The translations under genes were made by a program, and so were the position numbers. The notes beneath the pieces were generated by a model. It was given only the letters and a program-made list of their open reading frames with translations, was not told where the DNA came from and ran no database searches. A stretch of DNA of 64,000 bases from Eledone cirrhosa (Eukaryota), in contig OZ024743.1 in NCBI GenBank assembly GCA_964016885.1, forward strand, positions 120,156,001-120,220,000. The letters run 5' to 3'. Of the stretch, positions 39,186 through 51,100 are shown piece after piece; within the stretch, counting starts at the first letter, position 1; every line of letters starts with the position of its first letter.

Positions 39186-42100
39186 TTGTGTATGTGTTTG
39201 TGTGTGTATTTAAGTACATTTAAGTGTAGAAAGTGTACTTAAAATGAAGGTGGTCAGATCTTTTCATTTAACATCTGTATGTATAACTTGACAATTCCAA
39301 TTACATGCACTAAGCCAACTCTGAAATATAAACTTGGTGGTTTGTCGTGTATTATAATTTTTTTTAGTATGAGAGCCACCCCTAGCTTCTGCACGGTTTA
39401 CATTTACCAAATTTCCTTCACTATTCAGCCTAAGGTTATAATAAAATACTGTTGCTCAAGGTGCAATGATGTGGCAGTGAAGACAAACCCTTGTGTTTGC
39501 AAAACAAATTCCCTGGCCACACAGCCATATAATTATTTCTAAAAGTTGACACTCACTTAACTAGTATGAAAGCAGTTTCATGCTAATAAATCCTTTAAAA
39601 ATTCAAATATCAACTCGGTTCTAAATGTATAAATGAAACAAAATAACATACATTTGTATATATGACATAATGAATTGAGTCAGGCATCACTCCTATAGAA
39701 ATGTTCAGAACATCTTCCTAAAGAAAGTGTAATAAAATAATGGTTAGCAATAACAGGCAAGCATATTTTCAATACATTTATAACAAAATATTATAGTGCC
39801 AAAAAAAAGAATCAATATATTTAAGATAAAAATGCTTGAAATAGTGTTTAGAAAGGACAAGCAAACATATTTTCAAAATATTTATGACAAATTAGTGTAA
39901 AAAAAAAAAAATCAATATATTTATAAAACTGTATATCACAGGTTGTTTAATCATAAGAGCACAGGGGAGACAACTCCAGTGAACCAATATTGCTTATATA
40001 AGTTATCTCCCGTTACTATACATTTATTTCTACCGTCTGGTTTTTATTTTGAAAATTAATCAACCTTAGTGATTTCAAGTTAGTTATATTTATTACCATC
40101 TTCCTCATATCTATAGACGATATTTTTGTTCATAAAGACACTACTAAATTCAAAAAAGAGAATGTCAAGCTAACACTGCGAGGCTAAGGCGCTGAAACAA
40201 CCAAGCACCCTCACGGGCATCACCTGCCACCTCGGTAAGGCGTGCCCTAACGATGACAAGAACTTCACTGTCAGCAGTTCAGCTCCACCAAACGTCTTGT
40301 ACACCGCAGGCTGAAAAAATAGCTAGTTGATAATCCTCGATATTTTAGGATTCTATTCCGTTCGGTTACGGAAGCAGTGACCTTCACATTTATCGTTTTC
40401 AAAAGGTCACGCTACACACGACTGAAATGTCTTAGAACATAGTAGACGAAGACGAAGGCTGGCCTGCAACAAAACATGATAAATACAAGTCAAAGGGAAA
40501 TAATAAGGGTAAGGGAGATAACTATAACCTCCATATTTTTACAGTAAAACTTTATTAAGCGTATTTACTTGAGCACAATGAAATCTCAAATATAATGCAC
40601 CCTTAATATTATTTTTTTTGTACCTAAAATCAATAATATATTTTATTTTTTTATGGAATTTGATTCTCGAGAACAGCCATAGTTATTAATATTTATTAAA
40701 AAAATACACGTAATATCGCTGCAAGTTTTAAAACACAAGGACTAAATAAAAAAAATAAAACGTCAACACTAAAACTATGAAAATATTTTCACTAATACCA
40801 TATGTCAGTAATACAACTTTCTCCATTAAACTACAACTTTAAAGTTATATAACCACTTTTGAACCCTACAATGTATAGCTGGACACCACAAGCATGCTAA
40901 CATAATTAACAATTGCCATTGGATGTATTCGCTAGATGCTTCATAGGAGACAATGAAGTGTATACATTAGTTGATAGATGTCTCGAGGTGATTGCCTTTG
41001 GTATCATTTACATATACTTGTAGTAGAATTTTCTTTGTATTTTTTTTTTATACCAAAATATAATACCACCAATTTTGACTCCAATTTTTTATATTAGATT
41101 TTTCACGTCATCCTTTCATCATGGAACTTTTTAACTACAGAGCCATGACAGCAGAGCTGCCAACCACTAAAAACCCAAATGGGGAGTACCATGAAAAAAA
41201 GTGTCCCAAAACAGGGAGAAATGAGGCAAAATGGGAAGATTTTACATAATGAAAGCTATACCCATTTTCACAAGAGAAGACATCTCTCACCCACCCCAAA
41301 GTAGGTGGGAGGTCTCCCCATTGGACGGGGAGAGTTGACAGGGCCATGACTGAGTCTATAAAAAACAGTAATCTGTTAGAAGTGAGAGAAATTTAACACC
41401 ACTCTCATACACACACACTCACACAAGTCTCTATCTACCAAACTCAATCACAATGTATTGATTGGTACAAGGCTATACTAGAAGACACTTGCTCAAAATG
41501 TCACATACTGGGATAGAACCAAAAACCATATGGTTACAATGCAAACTTCTTAACCACTCAGCCAATCTAATTATTTTAAAGCAGTAAACAAATATAAGAA
41601 TGACTTCATTTCAAATTTACCATATAACTTCAAAATCTTTCTTTGGTGACTGAAACAAAAGACAGACGAAATTGTCAAACATTCAAGAAAAATCCATCAA
41701 AATGCTGTAACTATAATGAAAATTTATTCAAAGCACCATGTTTCTTGGCATCGAAGACATTCTGACATCATAGATGTATCTCCATTTTGTATTTGACATA
41801 CAAATAATTCTTTCACCTAACATAACCTTTGGTCTCCAGGATGCCAAATAAATTTTCCCAACTTATTTTGTTTTTCATACTGGGAAATATATGTGATTGA
41901 AATACATATTCTTTTTCGAACACATTAAATCATGAATGAAAATTATAATATCATTCAATTTATAAGTGAAAATTTATCTAAAAAAAAAAATTAAATAAAT
42001 AAACAAATAAATAAATAAATTATACATACTGTAGTAACTCTTGGAACATCAACAGGTAACCCATGAACAAAATTTTCAAAGCCATTGTTCACTGGACGGA

Positions 42101-45100
42101 AAAAGTGTCGAATCAAAGAGAGAAATCGTGGAACATCTTCCTCCATAAGGAAAAGACAAGCATTTGGACCAGCATCAAATGTGTAGGCAACCTAAAAGGA
42201 AGATATAAGATCTTTAGCTATTACTACTGGTACTGTGGAGGTGAGTGGCCTAGTGGTAATCATAATGTTGTGTGTTCGATTCCTGGACTAGGTTATGTGT
42301 TGTATTCTTCAGCAAAGTACTTCATTTCATGTTGCTCCAGTATACTCAGCTGAAAATGAGTCCCAGCAATAGCTGCGGTTTAACCCAATGATGTACTGGC
42401 TTGATGAGCTTCTGGGCTTGAGACAGACTTACTACTACTACTACTACTACACATATCTATGTATTCACAAAAAGATGAAATGATTATCAATGTTATAAAC
42501 AAATAAATACAGCCCACCCAATCAGGTGGTAGTGGTAGTACCACAATAAACACTGGATAATGTAATCTTAAAAATATTATGTATGGAAAGGAAAAATAAT
42601 TATAGTTGAAATAATTTGTGTCTGCTCAATTATTTATTTCCAGTTTTATTTTGAAAGTGAAAACTGCTGACTACTGTTAAAAAGACAATGTATGGTTTTG
42701 AACATGTCACTATATTTACCTCTGAAACATTACTATTACTAGCAGAAAAACCACCCTTCGAGTGGTTTTCTGCTAGCATGTGTAGTGTGCATATTGATAT
42801 TATACGCAAATATATATGCATTTAGATATGATACGTCAGATAAAATAGTAATTGAGAATATGCACAGAAATTGAAGAGAGTCTGTGTTACACTCTCTTCT
42901 GTAATCAGTAACATAATCCATGATACATTTCAAAAAGGCGATATTATATATAAACTGCATTAGGAGAAAATTAGTGATGGAAATATAAACCTATATAACG
43001 ATGCAAATATATAAGCAATGTAATAAGTGTTATAAAACCGGAAGAGTTGACATTTGAAAATTTTAAAGAAGTGAATCTTGAAATAGGCAATAAAATTATT
43101 TATATTCAATCAAGAGTTATGAAATTTAGTACATAAATTATGTAATATCAATTCATTATTTATTCAAATTCCGCCTGCTTTTCATCCTGACGGGGTCGAT
43201 AAAATAAAGTACCAGTAATACACTGGGACAATTGCTGGTCTTGTGCCAAAAGTAGAAACAATTATTTATTCAAAGTAATCCAACTTATTTGGCCGTTAAA
43301 CGATGATGATGATGATAAAAAAAATATATTCTAGATGCAGTCCTGCACTCCTCCCTTTATTATATTATGATTCTAATTGTTAGTGTTCTTCATTGTCAAG
43401 GATGTTTTCAAGATTTCTGATAACTCAGTGAGTTTGATTAGTATGGAAAAAGAGAGCTAGCTCAATCCCAATGCTTGCTCTTCAACAACCCTTTAACCAT
43501 GGCACTGCTGTGAGAAATAATTGTTTCGACTTTTGGCAGAAGGCCAGCAATTACCCAGTACATTACTGGTACTTTATTTTATCGACCCCGTAAGGATGAA
43601 AGGCAAAGTTAACCTCGGCAGGATTTGAACTCAGACCGTAAAGGGACGTAACTATGCTGGAAAGCATGGCGTCCGACTCTCTACCAATACTGCTGTGAGA
43701 AATAATGATTCAAAATACATGTATACACTGCTCTTAGCCTAATACTGAAGTAGCTACATGGTCACAACTTAAAATAGTCACAGCAAAACTAAATGTATAT
43801 TATGCGTTATAAAGTTATTGTGTATAGGTCTATACATGCCTTTATTCTGAATCACGCTGTGTTCATGCTATTAATATTTAATAATTTCTGATTTAGACAC
43901 AAGGCAAACAATTTTAGGAGTGGAGAAAGTTGATTAAATCGACTCCAATGCATTACTGGTACTTTATTTTATCACCCCCCATAAAGATGAAAACGAAAGC
44001 TAATCTTGGCAGAATTTTAATTCAGAACGTAAAGGGACGTAATTCTATACCACGAAGCATGGTATCCGACACTCAACCAATACTGCCAATCCACCGCCCT
44101 AGTGCTATTAATAATTAATACTAACCAGTCAAGCCTGCACCTAGTCAACAAGAATAATTTACGAAATCTATAAGACCAAGCTCTTTCATAAGTTGGTGTC
44201 TGGGCATAGGTAAGCCACCATCTGGTTTTTCCCCATGTGTGCGTATGTATGCATGCATGTATGTAGAACAGTTACACCATTTTCCTGTTTGTTGTAAGAA
44301 GTGACTAAAAGAATTTATGTCATGAAGAAACAGATATGAATAATGATGATAATGATATGGTATATAATATACAAATAGATTTACTGGCACTCCGTCAGTT
44401 ACGATGACATGTGTTCCAATTGATACAATCAATGGAACAGCCTGCTCGTGAAATTAACGTGCAAGTGGCTGAGCATTTCACACATACCCTTAATGTAGTT
44501 CTCTGGGAGATTCAGCATGACACTGAACATGACAAGGCTGGCCCTTCCAATTACAGGTACTCATTTTTGCCAGCTGAGCAACGTAAAATAAAGTGTCTTG
44601 CTCAAGGACACAACGCGCCAGCGGGAATCAAACTCACGACCTTACGGTTGTGAGCCAAATACCTTAACCACAAAGCCACATGCCTTTACATACAAATATA
44701 TATTCTATGTATATAATCAAGTATATTTTTTTACCTTCACACGTTCACAAAGCTTGTTGAACCGATGTACCAATGCAATTATTTGATCTGAAACTTCAGT
44801 TAAATAACCAATAGGTGGGTAAGTATCTAAACATATTGCATGAAACTGGTTGCTTTCCTGACAAAGAAAAGAAATAAAAAAGCATACAAGAAACATTATT
44901 AAACATGTAGTTTATTAAAACAATTACACTGGTAGTAATAGTAATAATTCCATCTAACATTGACACAAAGGCTAGGAATTTAGGGGAAGAGGAAAGTTGA
45001 TTATATTAACCTCAGTACTTAACTGGTACTACATTTTTATCAACCCTAGAGGGATTTGAACTCAGTGCCTAAAAAGTTTTAACTAAATACTGCAAAGCAT

Positions 45101-48100
45101 TTTGTCTGACACTCTACCAAATCTACTAATCTACGGCCCCAATAGTTATAATAGTAATGCTGAGTAAAAACTCACACCACTTCTAACAGCAACCACCTCA
45201 CTGAAGTAATGTACAAACTTGTACATTTCCCAGCCAGAAAGCATGTGATAAACATGCCACCTATACAACCCAGCCAGAAAGCATATGATAAACATGCCAC
45301 CTATACAACCCAGCCAGAAAGCATGTGATAAACATGCCACCTATACAATTATAGTTCTTCCAAAGATGGCGCTGTGAAAGTCTCGAAACATTAATAAGTA
45401 TGTATTTAGTAACACTATTGTTTCTAACTGAAAAGAATTAATAAAGAAATATGAAAAATTCCTCAATGAAAACGATCAAATTTGAACAAGCTTGTGTTAT
45501 TAACACACAAAGATGATGATGATGATGATGATAATGACCACTGTCCCTACTAGCAAGGATTGATATACAGGGTGTGGACGATATTTGTTCGCAAGATTAC
45601 TGTCTAGGAAAAAATAACACAGTAGTTTTATTTTTTAAGATCTATTTATCAAACTTGGGTCAGTTTGTCTTCATGACTTGTTCTTTCGATCTCACTCGAT
45701 AAACCTGCCATTGGCTTTGATGACGGCCTCGGAACCGGCTACAGGCCTTCGTCACTGTCCCCCGACTTAGGCCCCTAAAGGCACTTGTGATCCTGGCCTT
45801 CAGATCCTCTTTCGTATTGCAGCTAGATCTGTTAGTGTCTCGTTCCACTTCGCCCCACACAAAGAAGTCGAGGGGGTTGCAGTCAGGCGAGCTAGGAGGC
45901 CAGATGTCAGGTGAAGTGTGGTCGACAAAGTTCTCTGACAGCCAGGCTTGGGTCTTTCAACTGGTATGGCAGGGCACTGAGTCTTGCTGCCACACGTACG
46001 GCCTACCTGCAGCTACCTGGTCGATCCAGGCCTTTACTACCTCACTCAGAATGAGGATGTAGCCATCGGTGTTCAGCTTGAGGCCCTCAGGGAAGAAGTG
46101 CGGTGGCATGACGTCACCTTGACTGCTGACGACACCTAAGACCAATGTTGTCGCTGGAAACTTTGTCTGTATGACTCTGGGCACGTCTTTGGATGAGACA
46201 GCGAGCCACCTGTTGTTCTGGGAGTTGATCTTCTGGTCTTATTTGTCCTACTGGCACGGATTCCAAGAAGAACTCCGTGTCTCTTTCACAAATTTGGAGG
46301 TTCAAAATTATTCATAATCAATTATTCTGAAAATAAATAATGGAAACATAGTGACTGTTTTTATGAAGACAAGAGTGACAACGGAAGTAAAAAGAATTTG
46401 CATAAAATTAGCAGTTGAAAATTGCGAACAAATAGCGTCCGCACCCTGTATATAAGTGTGTATCGGTATATATTTGTGTCCATATTGTGTACCTACTTTG
46501 TCAATAATGATGCAAATGTTTTTACCGTACTTAACCTTTAAAGTGCTGTCGGCGATGAATTGCGACAATAGAGTAATTTCCCCTTAATATATAATGCAGT
46601 GTCAAGAGACACATTCATAAAAAATTCAGCATGCTAAATGGTTGGCACGAGTTTGTATTAAGTAGCTTTCCATTTTTAATATAAGCAAATCTTACAGTGT
46701 CCTCCTAGAATTGACCCTATGGAGTACCTGAAAGTTGACAGAAAAATTGGTACTAGTTGGAATTTTATCAAACCCGCTGTGCTGTTTCAATTATGTCTAT
46801 GCTTGTTATGTCGGATATCCTTGGAACTTGTCTGTATCCCATCTCTGCTTAATCATGTAGTTGGGGCGGGGGCATCAATTTGTAGAAAATAAATATGTTG
46901 TATTAAACTAAATAACTACAAAATCAAATAAGTCAGAACAAGTTTGTATCATTTGCATGTCAAAAATGTAGTTTTCCCCCTTTCATATATTTGTATTCAT
47001 TGATATATATGTAGCGCCTACTCGAATCTATTTTTCTGTATTTTCTTTGGCATATTTCTGATTCTGCCTTCTGCCATCCACATTTGTACATAGTTACACA
47101 TTATCTGATATTCTTGGTTACAATTATTAAGTTATATTGAACAATTTCAAAATATTTTATGCAATTTCAAATAATAAAAAAAAAATTATAGAAATTTACC
47201 TTCATACAAATCTGAGCAAACTTCTCAAAATCTTTCTCTGAGATGGCCACCCTCAGTTCTGCTAATCTACGGGGTACAATACACTCTACCCGAGAGCGTA
47301 ATAATTCACTTGTGTTCACACTGTTTTGCATACCGACTGTGCTAGATATAGTTTTGGGTTGGTCACTAACAACCAGTAGCAAAGCTCTTAATTCTGGCCA
47401 ATGGTCGCAGGGAGCAATCTGTCTCGCCACTGAGTCGGATCCATCGCTGCAATGTCCTAAATCCCATTCCACAAAGCCGCCATACATACTCCGGCATGCA
47501 CTTCCTGAACCTAACCTGAGAAAAGAACAAAGGATTTAAAGCACTCACATCTTATAGAGCAAGATAACAGATAATTTTTTAGTAGTAGTAATAGTAGTAG
47601 TCGTAGCAGCAGTAATAGCAGCAATCATTATTTGCCATAAGTGCTTATAAAAAAGAAAGAAAAAACTAGACCTTTTACATCATTCTTACAAAAACCTTTT
47701 TAAGACCATTTTCCCTTCTAAAGCAGGAGTCAGCCTTGTGGGTCCTATAATCTTCTCCACTTTGCCCTATCATCAGCAACCCCAACCCTGGCTTTCATTT
47801 TCTCCTCCATCCCCAGCCATGACATTCTTGGCCACATTTTTATATACTGAGTATACATATCAAAAGTAAATAATCATATATAACATAGAGCCGATATTTG
47901 GAGGAAAGTGTTAGTCAATTAAATTAAGTACTTGATTAGTTGCAAACCCTCTAAAACAGTGATTTTTAAACGAAAGGAAAGGAATTGTGAAAATCTGCAA
48001 TTTTAAGGGGTAGAATGTGACCTGGGTCTCTGAGAATCACAGCTCTAAATAAACCAATGCCAAGCTATCATGCTTATCACTCCACTTCTCAACCCTTCTA

Positions 48101-51100
48101 CTGTGTTTCATCACCTAGATCCTACACTATACACTTTTCCAAATCATTTCTTCTCCATCCATCAATCATATATATCTCACCAGTTTGATAGAGCTGGCAA
48201 AGGAAATAGGTACTGCTCCTCCTCCTCCTCCTCTGACTAACATAGTAAAAACAACATTTATTGCAACTATTGTATTATTATCATCATCCCCATCATTTAA
48301 TATGCTTTCCCTGCTATACACCAATTGCTTATCTACATAGAATGAGCATATTTTGCTCAGAAGCAACAACACACAGCAGCTGAAGAAAGATTTCAAATGA
48401 TAACCATGTACTTAAACCTTTATCATTTACATTACTCTATATTTACTATTGTATTTTCATGGTAAAGGATTTACCTCACATAATTATCTCATAATATCGA
48501 ATCAATGAGATTTTGATATTATCTATTTTGAGAGCGATACCTTAGCACCAGTATGAGTGGCCGGTTACAGCCGGTTTGAACGGAAAGAGGTGAGAGAATT
48601 CTGGCCGGATACGACCGGTTTAAATACTAAAGGGTTAAAACACGAATATCTTTTCTTTGTTTTGTTCCAAATGAACTGTCAAGAAGGTACAAATCTGATT
48701 AGGTATTCTTGAAATGAAAAGGTATATAGTTGAATGAACTCTTAACATTCTGTAATGATTTAGCAGAAAATGTCTAAAACGATTTGCAATATATACTTGA
48801 ATATAAGCCAACCCTCATATTTCATGTCTGAGAATTGAGCAAAAATCCAAACCACATTTATAAGCTGAGGCAACTAATCAACACATCATGTTTAGATAGT
48901 ATGGTTTTGAAATTCTTATGAGTATAAAATATATTTATGAAATTTTAATATTTTGATGTTTAAAATATTTTAAGTGTTGTTTAGAATATAGTTTTTGTGT
49001 CCCAACTCCATTATCTAATGAGTATCGGTGGATTGGCAGTATCGGTAGAGGGTCGGACGCCATGCTTTCCAGCATAGTTACGTCCCTTAACGATCTGAGT
49101 TCAAATCCCGCCAAGGTTGACTTTGCCTTTCATCCTTACGGGGTCGATAAAATAAAGTACCAGTAATGCACTGAGTAATTGCTGGTCTTGTGCCTAAAGT
49201 AGAAACAATTATCTAATGAGTTTCCATGTTATGTTAGGTTTTGACAAGTTTCTCAAATTTTTGTTTACTTCTGGTCACTCACATGCTATGAGTACTTTGA
49301 AAACAGAAAATCGGATAAGAGAACTTTGTGTAGGGATCCATAGAGTAGAAGAGGGAGTGAGAGACAGCAAGTGAGAGAGGAAGAAGAGGAAGAAAAGTAC
49401 AGGGTGAGAGCAATAAGGGAGAGAGAGCAATAGTAATAAAATAAGATCAGAAGATTGAAAGAAAAAATTGTCCAAGAAAAACATGTATGTGCATGTGTGC
49501 ATGCATGTATGTGTGTATGTGTATGGGTTATGTACAAATTATAAAAATTTGTTGGAAATATTTTCCGAGCAATGCATAAAAAACACCAACAACGATGTAA
49601 TAAATGTAGAAAAACAGGATTTCATTGTAAAATAATATAATTTAGTACCTTATTTATGTAGAAATGCATACAAAATATTGACCCTGAATATAAGCCAAAC
49701 TCCATTTTACCACTGATTTTTTGGTCACATATTCCTCAGCTTATATTAAAGTATGTATAGTAATTTAAATGCCTATAATGTCTTTACAAGAAGACATAGA
49801 TTGTAGTGAAAATTTACAATATTAGAAATCTAATTATTAATGTGATGTAGTCATATTTTGTACTTTTCAAAAGTGTCTTGTTAATACTGCTTCATGTGGT
49901 ACTGGTGCAGGATGTTAAGAGTTTTAGCATTTACATTACCATAAAAATACAATAGTAACTTTAGAGTAAAGACTTTACCCCACATAATTATCTCACATAA
50001 TATCGAATCTATGAGATTTTGATATTATTTAATTTGAGAACAATACCTTAACATCAGTGTGAGCAGCAAGTTACAGCTGGTTCGAACAGAAAGAGGTGAG
50101 AGAATTCTGGCTGGATACAGCTGGTTTAAATGCTAAAGGGTTAAATTAAAATTCTTTTCTGGTCCAGCCAGTTTCAAAGAAATAAACACTGCTGGTACTC
50201 TCAGTAAGTACTATAGAAAGTTTATATTTGTAGGCATGTAATCTGTTTTAATCAAGAATCTTTAGCTCAATGTTCAACTTAAGTACCTTCTATACAGTAT
50301 TGACTAATGTGTGGACAAGTGTATGGAAGTTAAGAAGTTCAATTTGCTATCATTAGGTCTTGGGTCCAATTCCACAGTGTAGCATCTTGAGCATGTGTCA
50401 TTTGCTATAGCCTCTGGTCGATTCATGTCTTCTGAGTGAAACTAGACAGATAAACAATTTGAAAGCCCATTAGATGAACTACACTTGTAATTCAAAGGGC
50501 CGGGTTTATCACACACTGTGTCATACTGAATCTCCTTAAGAATTATGTTAAGGGTACAGATGTCTGTGGAATTCTCAGCCACTTACACAATAGTTTCATG
50601 AGCAGGTTATTTATCCTGATAATTGAACAACTAGAACAATAGAGGTTCATTCCTCATTGATCAGTCAGAAATAAATAATATTCAGATGAACATATCAAGT
50701 ATATGTAATTAAAAAACAAAAATTTTAAATGATGCTGATTTAAAATGACCAGCACCTTAACTCTTTTAATACCAACCTTTTTATGACCATTCCTAATTCT
50801 TTGATACAAAAATTGTCTCTTCATATTTATATTAAAACCTATCATAATTTTATATAAGAACCTTTTGTCTTGTTACAAGCATGTTTAATATACCATAAAT
50901 AAATTAACAAAACCTACTTATTTCGAAATTCTTAACTATTTTCATAATTAATTGAAAAATATAGGCAGTGTATTTCATGATAAATATAGTGACAAAATAA
51001 TGAAAGCATTCCAATGACTTACCTGGCAATATCAGAGAGTTCCCCCTCTACTTCAAACAGGTTAGCCAAAGCAGTTACTAAAAGGTAAGGGACATTTTCA

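Noticed and set aside
39250-39321. Alternative candidate for the penultimate MVD exon (…QVIHTDVK)
   Set aside because: No donor before the stop; 39652-39717 fits homology, phase and splice signals better
40150-40520. Telomerase RNA or U8 snoRNA identity for the intronic island
   Set aside because: Only a 7-nt CCCTAAC and no recognisable P6.1 or pseudoknot; the U8-like words (GATAATCCT, TTAGAACAT) have the wrong spacing and no box C
42739-42776. Short intronic hairpin ctagcagaaaaaccac/gtggttttctgctag
   Set aside because: Too short for a pre-miRNA, with no supporting motif
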